DNA of 64,000 nt, from positions 31,511-95,510 of IMG/VR virus record IMGVR_UViG_3300046002_005654, one strand, 5' to 3'. A program made the position numbers and the translations under genes. Within the stretch, counting starts at the first letter, position 1. Every line of letters starts with the position of its first letter. This document shows, piece after piece, positions 38,732 to 47,733 of the stretch. The notes below the pieces were generated by a model that saw nothing but the letters and a program-made list of their open reading frames with translations, did not search any database and was not told the DNA's origin. This stretch comes from a virus.

Positions 38732-38944
38732 ATGGATAAGATTAAAATAATTGGAAATCAATTAACACATAAAGAAATCATAAATAACATTAAAAAAAGA
38801 GGCATTGTATTTGTACCTAGTATGCACGAAATTAAAAACGACATGAGAGAACAATATTTATTAAATGAAGATAATATTAACACACTTGTTACTATTTCAG
38901 GACACGCTACATATGATAGATCAAAATCTAAATATCACAAATAA
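38732..38944 (+). CDS. hypothetical protein
   Basis: ORF with typical initiation region. Confidence 0.5.
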   Translation: MDKIKIIGNQLTHKEIINNIKKRGIVFVPSMHEIKNDMREQYLLNEDNINTLVTISGHATYDRSKSKYHK

Positions 38945-39321
38945 CTAAAAATAAATATTATGAAAACAATTAAAAACTTATTATTTTATTGGTGGATAAA
39001 TAGATATGAAATATCGGGATTATTTATAATAATAGCTATGATAATATGTGTATTAGGTTTGTTAGAGCAACTAATACAATTGATATAATACCATAACCTC
39101 AGTAAAGTTAGAAAACTACTGAATAACAACATATCTCGTATAATCACATACTTTTAGTGATAATTGGCAATAAGCTTATACGAGATGTGATTGAATTTTA
39201 AATAATTATAAACTAAACAATCAAATATTATGAATAATTTAAGAAATAAAATAGAAAACTTTATTATATGGTTAGTAAAGGAATTAAAAGAAACATCTAG
39301 GAATTGTCCTAGAGAAACAAG

Positions 39322-40131
39322 ATGGTAATGAAAAACATATATGTATTACCAACAGATAAACCAAGTAGGTTAATTATTCAAAACAGTAATAAATTAATAC
39401 TTGGTCAAGAGGAGTATTCTGTAATAGAAAATCGTAAACACATCTACATCACTTCTGATGAAGAAATTAAAGAAGGAGATTGGTATTTTGACGGTACAGA
39501 TTTAGTACATAAAAAAACTAAGTACAATGATTCTTTAGTTGATGGAAATAAACAAGCTAAAAAAATCATCCTAACAACAGACCAAGACTTAATCAAAGAT
39601 AGGATACAAGCTATTGATGATGAGTTCTTAGAATGGTTTGTTAAGAATCCAAGTTGTGAGGAGGTTGAGGTAATAAAAGAAAGTGAGTTTTATAGAAGTG
39701 GGCCATTAGACTTATTAGGTTATAATATTGTTTCATATAAAATAATTATCCCTAAAAAAACTGCAAGATGTTGTGGTAAATGTAATGGTGTTGATGACTT
39801 ATGCTATACGGATATGACTTGTGATAACCATAGTGAAAGAGGTTGTGAAGAATGTTATGGTAAAAGAATAGAATATAAAATCATCATTCCAAAAGAAGAA
39901 CATAAACAAGAAACACTTGAAGAAGCCGCAAGAAATTATTCTTCTAAAACTACAGAAGCTTGGGAAATAGGTTTTAAAGGATTTATTGAAGGTGCTAAAT
40001 GGCATGAAGAAATAAGTTATAGTGAGCAAGAAGTATTGGATATATTAAAAAGTTTTGAAATTGATTTTGAACACGAAACTGTTATTAGAAAAAATAGAAT
40101 AGAATTATGGTTTAATCTTTATAAAAAATAG
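39322..40131 (+). CDS. mosaic hypothetical protein typical of Bacteroidota phages
   Basis: KIILTTDQDLIKD..QAIDDEFLEWFVKNPSCE, ETLEEAA, FIEGAKW modules with a Cys-rich insert. Confidence 0.6.
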   Translation: MVMKNIYVLPTDKPSRLIIQNSNKLILGQEEYSVIENRKHIYITSDEEIKEGDWYFDGTDLVHKKTKYNDSLVDGNKQAKKIILTTDQDLIKDRIQAIDDEFLEWFVKNPSCEEVEVIKESEFYRSGPLDLLGYNIVSYKIIIPKKTARCCGKCNGVDDLCYTDMTCDNHSERGCEECYGKRIEYKIIIPKEEHKQETLEEAARNYSSKTTEAWEIGFKGFIEGAKWHEEISYSEQEVLDILKSFEIDFEHETVIRKNRIELWFNLYKK

Positions 40132-40510
40132 AAATTATGGGTAAAATAAAAGTTTGTACAAAATGTAAAACATTAAAAGGAAGTTGTTCTAAGGAATCAA
40201 GATATTGTAAATGTGAAAAACAATTTAAAAAGAAATAAAATTGTGGATAAAGAACTAGAATGGTGGAATACACTTGATATGAAATGTGTATATTTAAGTA
40301 AATTGTGGTTTGGAATTTTTGGAACTTGTGAACAAAGAATATCTCAATTATACATAATTAGAAATAATCAACAATTTAAAAAGAAATAAGTTATGAATAT
40401 AATAGATTTAATAATTATAATAACTCCATTATGGATAATAGCATATATTTTAGCCAAAATAAATGAAGACATGAAAAAGAAATAAACAATAACAATTAAA
40501 TAAATAAATT

Positions 40511-40798
40511 ATGAATACACAATTATTAGCATTTGCAATAGGAATTATATTTCTTATAGCCTTAGTTTTAGCTTTAAGTCATAAAGAGCCTAAGATAGAA
40601 TTTAAAGTAAAAGCTTTAACAGAACCTGAAATTAATTACAAATCAGGATTAGATCCTTTTGTTCCTGAAGATTTTATTAAAGCTAAAGCTAAAAGAAAAT
40701 ACAAACCAAGAAAGGTTAAAGTAAAAGCTTTAGAAGAGAATCACATTGATAAAAATACAATTATCACTGTTAAGAAAATTAAAAATAATAAAGTATAA
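40511..40798 (+). CDS. membrane-anchored basic protein
   Basis: N-terminal TM, Lys-rich tail. Confidence 0.5.
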   Translation: MNTQLLAFAIGIIFLIALVLALSHKEPKIEFKVKALTEPEINYKSGLDPFVPEDFIKAKAKRKYKPRKVKVKALEENHIDKNTIITVKKIKNNKV

Positions 40799-41251
40799 TA
40801 TATTTATGAGTCGCAATGTCAGAGATTAGTTGACATTCCGTGAAACTTTGAAAGCTTCAATGCAAGTAAATCTTATAAATTAGTGAAAATCAAAACTTAA
40901 TGTAGATAATATCTTATTAAGCCGTTATAGTCGGTTATTTATCTCATAATTGGTAATTAAGCTTTAAGTCCCAATGAAGGATATTATTTATATTATTAGT
41001 GTTATGGCAATAACTTAAATAAAATGCAGATGCCTTTTAGCTAATAATATAAATATTTAAATTAAACAACTAAATGATATGAATGAAAAAATGAAATTAT
41101 TCTACAAATTAGTAAAAAAAGCTAAAAAGATACAAGAATTATCTAAATTAAGACCTATTGATTTCTCTTGGAATGACACATATTCTATTGTAGTTCCAGA
41201 ATATCACAATAGTCAAATCATATATATGAGAGAATAACTAAAGTAAAAATT

Positions 41252-41497
41252 ATGGAAAAAGAAAAAATATTACAAAAAGCAAAAGATATTTTAGCAAAAA
41301 AAAATAAAGATAAAGAACATATAGAAATTTGTGTAAAAGCTGGTATATGTCCAGAATGTGGAGAAAATTTAATAGAAAGAAACGTAACTGCACAAGAAAG
41401 AGAACGACAAAATATATGGACTGTTACTGAATGTTCTAAAAATAATAAACATTATCAAGAAAAAGAATATTTTGATGATAACGATGATTATAATTAA
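41252..41497 (+). CDS. zinc-ribbon protein
   Basis: CPECG...CS....H. Confidence 0.5.
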   Translation: MEKEKILQKAKDILAKKNKDKEHIEICVKAGICPECGENLIERNVTAQERERQNIWTVTECSKNNKHYQEKEYFDDNDDYN

Positions 41498-41517
41498 AAA
41501 CAACTAAAACAAAAATT

Positions 41518-41841
41518 ATGAAAACAGCAACAGTATTACAACAACAAGGATACACAGGTATTAAAGTAACATCAATGTTAAACGCCTGTTTATGTGTAGA
41601 AATGAAGAAGCATCTTCGTTTAGTACAATTAGACAATTTATCTTCTATTAAGAATAAATACTTCAAATTAGGTTATATTTCAAAAACAGAAATGACTCTT
41701 CTATGGAATATCTATTGGAACTTTGTTCTTAATGATTATAGATTTAATGATAAATCAAAACAATATACTGTAGTTACAGGAATAACTAAAGCAGAACCAA
41801 AGCATATAGGAATGCAAATGTTAAATGAATTAAATTCATAA
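41518..41841 (+). CDS. hypothetical protein
   Basis: ORF with typical initiation region. Confidence 0.5.
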   Translation: MKTATVLQQQGYTGIKVTSMLNACLCVEMKKHLRLVQLDNLSSIKNKYFKLGYISKTEMTLLWNIYWNFVLNDYRFNDKSKQYTVVTGITKAEPKHIGMQMLNELNS

Positions 41842-41843
41842 TT

Positions 41844-42275
41844 ATGAAAAAAATATTATTATTAATATTGCTTATAGGAATATTAACAAGTTGTCAAGAA
41901 ACTAATGGAACAGCTTCAACAACTAAAATGGAATTAAGGCAATTAGTAAGTAAAGAAATTACTACTAAGAATAGTAGTGGTTCTTTCTTTTTAATAACGG
42001 GAGGATATTCTTCTAACGAAAGGCAACAAGATATTATAAAAATGTTTGTAAAAGTAGATAATAATTATTATAAACTATTAAAATTAAATCTTGAAGATGT
42101 AAATGTTGTTATAGATAATAAAATATCTAAACCATATTTAATAGTTACAGAAGAAAGTAATTATAAAGAAAGTGATGCTAGAATATTAAGGTATATTGGA
42201 TATGGAGATATGATATATTTGTACTGTCCTGAAAAATATTTACCTGAAAAGTTATTAAATATAGAATTAAATTAA
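41844..42275 (+). CDS. lipoprotein
   Basis: MKKILLLILLIGILTSC: SPII signal with LTSC lipobox. Confidence 0.7.
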   Translation: MKKILLLILLIGILTSCQETNGTASTTKMELRQLVSKEITTKNSSGSFFLITGGYSSNERQQDIIKMFVKVDNNYYKLLKLNLEDVNVVIDNKISKPYLIVTEESNYKESDARILRYIGYGDMIYLYCPEKYLPEKLLNIELN

Positions 42276-42409
42276 AATAATAAAATATCTCGGACAAAAG
42301 CAAAAGCTTGGGAAGAAAGTGGGATAAGAAGTTTTCGTACCACATATTTTATAGAAGAAAAGGGAATGTTTTAACGAATATTCCCTATCTTTACAAACTA
42401 AAAACAATT

Positions 42410-42583
42410 ATGAAAATTCAAAAAGAAAATTTAAATTTAGCTAATTTCATATCTACATTATGTATAGATCTTGGATTAAATTTAGCTCACGATTATGACG
42501 GAATTGAAACTGAAGAAGATATTGATATATATACCAAAGCAGTTAGAAGAAAAATAATAGAATTTAAAAAAACAACTAAATAA
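42410..42583 (+). CDS. hypothetical protein
   Basis: start MKIQKENL after AACTAAAAACAATT. Confidence 0.45.
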   Translation: MKIQKENLNLANFISTLCIDLGLNLAHDYDGIETEEDIDIYTKAVRRKIIEFKKTTK

Positions 42584-42594
42584 ATAAAAAGATT

Positions 42595-42741
42595 ATGAAA
42601 ATTCAAAAACAAAATGAAGTGTTGAGTGCATATGAAACTCCATTCAAAGATCAACAAGAATTGAGAAATAATATTGTTGACAAATTTGTAAAGTTTGGAA
42701 ATAAAGTTCGTTATCAAGTTAAATTAACTGTAAAAGGATAA
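42595..42741 (+). CDS. hypothetical protein (48 aa, below ORF-track cutoff)
   Basis: MKIQKQNEVLSAYETPF...; TAATG-coupled to next gene. Confidence 0.45.
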   Translation: MKIQKQNEVLSAYETPFKDQQELRNNIVDKFVKFGNKVRYQVKLTVKG

Positions 42742-43013
42742 TGAAAAAAAGGGTTAAATCTTGGCTTAACCATCTAACTATTAGATATATACCAAGTATA
42801 CAACAGATCGCTCAATTAGAAGCTAAAAGATTAGTAGCTTATATTACTGAAAACTATAGCAGAGATGATCAAAAGTATTTAATTGATGAAATGGCTAAGA
42901 ATTTAATTGAATTCAGAAAACAGGAAATCGAAGACAAAATAATTGAATTAGAACAAAACGAGGCTGAATTAGTCTCACTTAACAAAAACTTAGAAGAACT
43001 ATTAGTGAAGTAA
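42741..43013 (+). CDS. hypothetical coiled-coil protein
   Basis: coupled ORF. Confidence 0.5.
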   Translation: MKKRVKSWLNHLTIRYIPSIQQIAQLEAKRLVAYITENYSRDDQKYLIDEMAKNLIEFRKQEIEDKIIELEQNEAELVSLNKNLEELLVK

Positions 43014-43264
43014 AATGGTTGCAAATTTGAAACAGATATCGCTAAAGTCATAATCGGGAGGGTATTTATACTTAAAACGTACATGCAATTTTAGGTTAAT
43101 GTTTTAGATTTACCAGCACTAGCCACTGGATAATTAATAGGAAAATAGTAATAAAGCAATTAAAGTAAAGTAACGTTTGTAACCTGAACTACTTTTACAG
43201 TATAAAATCTATTTTCTTCTTCTTAAAAGGCTTTCAAAGAGTGTGCCTTAAACACTCTTTAATT

Positions 43265-43600
43265 GGGGCTGACTGGTTTTGAGGTTGTGTCAGTAATTAT
43301 ATAATTCATCCAGAGAGATAACTGTAAACTAAGGTGAATATTTTTAAACGGCAAAAATCAACAAGAAGCCAATATGGCTAAAGTTTTTTCTCTAATCAAC
43401 AGCGACATAGTCGAATTTGAATTAGCAGCATAGTTTAAACGATTGTAGTAATACAATCAACTCAAGCTATAGAGTAATTTAGTGACTAGTCCACATTTAG
43501 TAGTTTTTAAGGGACTTTAAAGATTAAATTCTACAAAAAGCTGTATAAAATTATATAACAAAAGCATTGATCGACGGGAGTTCGACTCTCCCCAGCTCCA
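43265..43600 (+). ncRNA. ssrA: tmRNA
   Basis: 5' GGGGCTGACTGGTTTTGA; 3' GACGGGAGTTCGACTCTCCCCAGCTCCA with G3:U acceptor pair; tag ORF 43350-43433 ending LAA*. Confidence 0.9.
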
Positions 43601-43738
43601 CAGCAGTTACTTGATGTCAAATATGTACAGTAACAGACATTGGAAAAATTTGGCTTTTCACGAATGTTAAGTCCTATCGGGCAGAATAGGGGATGAGTAC
43701 TTATGGTAAAACTTTCAAAACCTACAACCTCATCAAAT

Positions 43739-43824
43739 AGTCAGGTGGCGGAATTGGTAGACGCTATCCTTAGGGAGAGTCCGAGTTAAAAACGGCGTTC
43801 AAGGTTCAAATCCTTGTCTGACTA
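43739..43824 (+). tRNA. tRNA-Leu-like RNA with aberrant anticodon arm
   Basis: acceptor AGTCAGG/TCTGACT, D arm GCGGAATTGGTAGACGC, T arm CAAGG-TTCAAAT-CCTTG, long variable arm; anticodon hairpin has only a TTAG loop. Confidence 0.6.
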
Positions 43825-44178
43825 CAAATACACGTGTATGTGTAAAAATAATAGTTCGTTTAAGTGAAAGACCCCGAAAGGAATATAATTGGTTGTTCAG
43901 CCAGTTACTATTATTTTAAAGAAAAGAGTGGTTCGAATCCACAGATTTATTCGTAGGAAGCAGTCGATAAGCTTCGTTAGGTGAAACAGGTAGTGTAGCT
44001 TCCATTGGGGGACTGCGAATAAATTATTTTATTATTAACTAAAATAAATAAATTATGATTACAGTTTTTATTATATTAATATTATTTATAATATTTAATA
44101 TGTATGATGATAATGACTATTCTGGTTATTAAGAAATAAATTATACATAAGTGTATAATGTCGATACTTTGGTGAAAA

Positions 44179-44255
44179 GTGATGAGATGTCAATGAGAAG
44201 ACAGGGCTAGATCATTATATATCGGTGTGTAGAGGTTCGATTCCTCTTCATCTCA
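44179..44255 (+). tRNA. tRNA-like RNA with aberrant anticodon arm
   Basis: T arm AGAGG-TTCGATT-CCTCT, D stem TGTC/GACA, acceptor GTGATGA/TCATCTC; no canonical 7-nt anticodon loop. Confidence 0.45.
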
Positions 44256-44291
44256 CAAGCAATTTTCATAATATTGTTTAGTTAGTTGATA

Positions 44292-44346
44292 AATGTGGGT
44301 GAAATAACAGGGTAGTCATACTATGCTGAAGTAACCCACATTTTTT
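44292..44346 (+). terminator. hairpin with T-run, terminator-like
   Basis: AATGTGGGT...ACCCACATT + T-run. Confidence 0.5.
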
Positions 44347-44578
44347 AATATAAACAATATATGATAAACAAACAATTAACTAATTAAAACTAAATAAATA
44401 TGAAAAAGATTATAGTATTATTTTATTGCAGAATATGTGTAGATGTGTTAGGATTTCCTATCTATCTAAAACATACAAAAACTAAATTTAGAGTAAGTAA
44501 AAGCGTTGTTCTTATGAATAACTTTAACTTAGATAGCAATGTGTTATATGAAAGTGAATTAATTAAACAACATTGATT

Positions 44579-45358
44579 ATGAAACGATATAGATTAATTA
44601 AAGAATATCCTGGTAGTCCTGGATTAGGAGATATTGCAATACAATCAAATAGTCTTCATTTACAAAATACTTATTATATAAATAATAAGGCTATAATGAA
44701 TTTTCCTGAAAAATATCCTGAAAACTGGGAAGAAATTATTGAAAAAGATTATGAAATATTGTCTTTAAAAGATAATTTTTCACACCTTATTTATCAGTTA
44801 AAAGAAAATGGTAAATATTCTGCATTTACTTTTGGATCACTAACTTTAGATAATTGTTTAAATTATGGAAATACAATTTATTCAATTAATAGATTATCAG
44901 ATGGTGAAATATTTACTATTGGTGATGAAATATATTCTACTAATTGGACTTGTGATAATATTGATAAAAAATCAGATATTTTAACAGAAATTTCATTAAA
45001 TAATGAATTCATGTTTAAAACTAAAATTACTTGGCAGTGTAATTTAAAAGATATTCAACACTATAAAGAACCATTATTCACAACTGAAGATGGTGTTGAT
45101 ATTTTTAAAAGTGATAAGTTTTTTACTACACCTAAGTCTTTAAGAAGTAATAATATTCAAAGTTTCACAGGAGCTTATATTTCAATACCTGATAATAACA
45201 TATTAAGTTTTTCAACAAAAGAAAAAGCTGAAGAATATATATTATTAAACAAACCTTGTATATCTATAAATGATTTGTATGCTATGGGTAATTGGTCTTT
45301 TGGAGGGAAAATAATGAATGATATGAAAGCATTAGTAAAACAAAAATTAAATCAATAA
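44579..45358 (+). CDS. hypothetical protein (Bacteroidota-phage modules)
   Basis: RLIKEYPGSP, RLSDGEIFTIGD, PLFTTEDGVDI. Confidence 0.6.
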   Translation: MKRYRLIKEYPGSPGLGDIAIQSNSLHLQNTYYINNKAIMNFPEKYPENWEEIIEKDYEILSLKDNFSHLIYQLKENGKYSAFTFGSLTLDNCLNYGNTIYSINRLSDGEIFTIGDEIYSTNWTCDNIDKKSDILTEISLNNEFMFKTKITWQCNLKDIQHYKEPLFTTEDGVDIFKSDKFFTTPKSLRSNNIQSFTGAYISIPDNNILSFSTKEKAEEYILLNKPCISINDLYAMGNWSFGGKIMNDMKALVKQKLNQ

Positions 45359-45361
45359 ATT

Positions 45362-45658
45362 ATGAAAATACCAAATGCTGATAATTTAGCAAAAGTTCCA
45401 AGCTCTAATGTAGTTATACCTACTATAGAAAGCGAAACAAATAGTACAGAAATTGTAATTGTTATGAAAGACGGAACTACTGGCAGATATGTTAATGAAG
45501 GTTGTATTGAATTTGGAGATAAATATAATAATATAGATGAATATTTCGATCATGTAGGGCTTATGGAAAGCGATATGCCAGAAATAGATAAATTAATAAC
45601 AAATGATATTAAAAAATCATATCCAAATGTAGAAAAAGTTTACGTTTTAAATCTTTAA
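45362..45658 (+). CDS. hypothetical protein
   Basis: ORF in operon. Confidence 0.5.
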   Translation: MKIPNADNLAKVPSSNVVIPTIESETNSTEIVIVMKDGTTGRYVNEGCIEFGDKYNNIDEYFDHVGLMESDMPEIDKLITNDIKKSYPNVEKVYVLNL

Positions 45659-45669
45659 ATAAATAAATT

Positions 45670-45891
45670 ATGCCACAAACTAAACAAGAATTATTAGAAA
45701 AGCTGAATTCAGCTAAATTTGAAGGAGGAGGTCACGTTACTTATATCTATGAAAATGGAGTAAAACAACGTCAACCTATTAATAAATCTACTTTTTATAA
45801 CGACAAAAAACGTGATAAAAATTTAGATGATGTGTTAGAAGTATTTGAAGACACTGCTCACGATTTAGGAGCTGTAAGTTTTGAGCTCTAA
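45670..45891 (+). CDS. hypothetical protein
   Basis: ORF in operon. Confidence 0.5.
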   Translation: MPQTKQELLEKLNSAKFEGGGHVTYIYENGVKQRQPINKSTFYNDKKRDKNLDDVLEVFEDTAHDLGAVSFEL

Positions 45892-46117
45892 TAAATTAAG
45901 ATGTGGAGAAGGGTACTATGAAATTAACAATGTTAAATACATAGTACCTTACACTGCACATATATTCTCATCTAAAAGTGGTAAACTATGTTATTTATCA
46001 GGTCTTAAAAATACAACAATGAGAGGATTTAATGATAAATATATAGCAACAGTTAAATTTATAGAAGAAAATAGATTTGAAGAAGTTGATTATGAATTAA
46101 TAAAAAAATTTTTATGA
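45881..46117 (+). CDS. hypothetical protein
   Basis: overlapping ORF. Confidence 0.4.
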   Translation: MSSNKLRCGEGYYEINNVKYIVPYTAHIFSSKSGKLCYLSGLKNTTMRGFNDKYIATVKFIEENRFEEVDYELIKKFL

Positions 46118-46326
46118 GTAAAGCAAAACCTTATTCAGAACTGTCTATGGCTGTTGATTTAGTTATGGAAGAATACAAAGTGTCTAATCCTATTGAAATT
46201 TCTGAATTTATTTGGGAATCACTAGGATTATGTATTAGTATTCACGCTATAGCTGATTATTTAGATATAAATAGAACAGATTATGAAGTAGAATCAATGA
46301 AACAATATTATAATTTAATTTATTAA
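46114..46326 (+). CDS. hypothetical protein
   Basis: ATGA-coupled ORF. Confidence 0.45.
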   Translation: MSKAKPYSELSMAVDLVMEEYKVSNPIEISEFIWESLGLCISIHAIADYLDINRTDYEVESMKQYYNLIY

Positions 46327-46328
46327 TT

Positions 46329-46514
46329 ATGAGAAAAGGATTAGAAATATGCCCTAAATGTGTTGGGGCTAAAGAAATTATGGTAGCTAAAGAAGCTAGA
46401 GGATTTGAATACAAGCAATGTGACTTATGTAATGGAGATGGCTATGTAACACAAGAGCTTGAAGAAGACTATGTTTTAAGTCTTAATGAAGATATAATTG
46501 ACTTTGATGAATAA
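46329..46514 (+). CDS. DnaJ-type zinc-finger small protein
   Basis: CPKCVGAK...CDLCNGDG. Confidence 0.55.
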   Translation: MRKGLEICPKCVGAKEIMVAKEARGFEYKQCDLCNGDGYVTQELEEDYVLSLNEDIIDFDE

Positions 46515-46680
46515 AATTGAAAAAACTAAAGTTATTGAACCCAAATGGTTAGTAATGATGTATAATTACCCAGAAGCCTTTGTTGTCAATAAAAAAGATT
46601 TTTCAACAAAAGGATTTAATTGGGAGGAAAAAGAATCTGTAAAATTTATTAAAATAAAAACAGGACAAATTAGTGAATAA
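46507..46680 (+). CDS. hypothetical protein
   Basis: coupled ORF. Confidence 0.4.
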   Translation: MNKIEKTKVIEPKWLVMMYNYPEAFVVNKKDFSTKGFNWEEKESVKFIKIKTGQISE

Positions 46681-47254
46681 AGCTTATATATTAGACTTAG
46701 GTTTATTAAACGAGCAAAATATCACAGTTAAAGAATTTATTTGTTTACTATCCATCTATAATAAAGAAGATGATTTAAATAGTAAGCATCTATTAAGTTT
46801 ACAAGACAAAAATTATATAAAAATATTACAAGATGAAAAAATAATAAGAGAAAAAGGTAAATTATTAATAGAGTTCTTAACAATAGAAGGTATTGGCTCA
46901 ATAAATAATAAAAAAACAATTAAGAAATCATCAAGAGCAATCAATGCTGATTTAGAAAATTTTGTAGAGAAATACAGATTGCTATGGAAGGGATTAAAAC
47001 CTGGCTCTATGGGATCTACAAATGGATGTAGAGAGAAACTACAAAGATGGATGTCTGTTAATACTCAATATACTACTGAAAACATATATAATGCAGCAAA
47101 AGCATATATAGGCTCAGTTGATAATTATCAATATTTACAACAAGCAGATTTCTTTATCTATAAAAAAGATGCATTTGGAGAACAAAGTAGATTATCTAGC
47201 TTTATAGACGAAGATGCAGGAGTTGAAAATGATTGGACTAAAACTTTAAAATAA
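46673..47254 (+). CDS. putative replication initiator/helicase loader
   Basis: wHTH-like N-terminus; YLQQADFFIYK..SRLSSF; upstream of helicase. Confidence 0.45.
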   Translation: MNKAYILDLGLLNEQNITVKEFICLLSIYNKEDDLNSKHLLSLQDKNYIKILQDEKIIREKGKLLIEFLTIEGIGSINNKKTIKKSSRAINADLENFVEKYRLLWKGLKPGSMGSTNGCREKLQRWMSVNTQYTTENIYNAAKAYIGSVDNYQYLQQADFFIYKKDAFGEQSRLSSFIDEDAGVENDWTKTLK

Positions 47255-47259
47255 TAACT

Positions 47260-47733
47260 ATGGTAGTTGAGTATATAATAACCATTTTTAAAAAAATAAT
47301 AAAAAAAATGAAAATTACTGAAAAAATATACGTAAAAGAAACAGATATTGAAATTACAAAAACTAGAAAAGCGTTTATCAAAAGATTAATAACACAAAAA
47401 GGAGTTGTAACTTATAGTGATTCAAATTTTAAAACTATTCAATGCGATAATAAATCAGCATATAGAAGTATTAGCGAATTACATATAATAGTTAAAACAA
47501 GATTTAAACTAACTTCTTTAAAGTCTTTAATAAAAATTATTAAAGAAATAATCAATGAAGAAAAATGTATCGCTTTGGTGTGGTGTACACAAATCAATAA
47601 AGTTGTAGTTAAGTATATGGAAAACAGTAATGGTTATTACATTACAGACTACAGCAAAAGTAATTATTACGAAAGTATTGGAGTTGATGGATATTCTTTA
47701 AAGATGTATGATGACATTTATAATGAATTATGA
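47260..47733 (+). CDS. hypothetical protein
   Basis: coupled to helicase gene. Confidence 0.5.
   Translation: MVVEYIITIFKKIIKKMKITEKIYVKETDIEITKTRKAFIKRLITQKGVVTYSDSNFKTIQCDNKSAYRSISELHIIVKTRFKLTSLKSLIKIIKEIINEEKCIALVWCTQINKVVVKYMENSNGYYITDYSKSNYYESIGVDGYSLKMYDDIYNEL

Noticed and set aside
39297-39312. Motif-A-like TAGGAATTGTC as a rightward promoter
   Set aside because: No TAnnTTTG at the required spacing; kept only as a possible operator
43739-43824. Amber suppressor or ordinary tRNA-Leu(TAG)
   Set aside because: No CTA anticodon, and a 5-bp stem with a 7-nt loop cannot be formed
44292-44343. Type II hammerhead (GAAA...CTGAAG)
   Set aside because: Core reads CUGAAGUA, there is no stem III or UH site, and a simple bulged hairpin explains it
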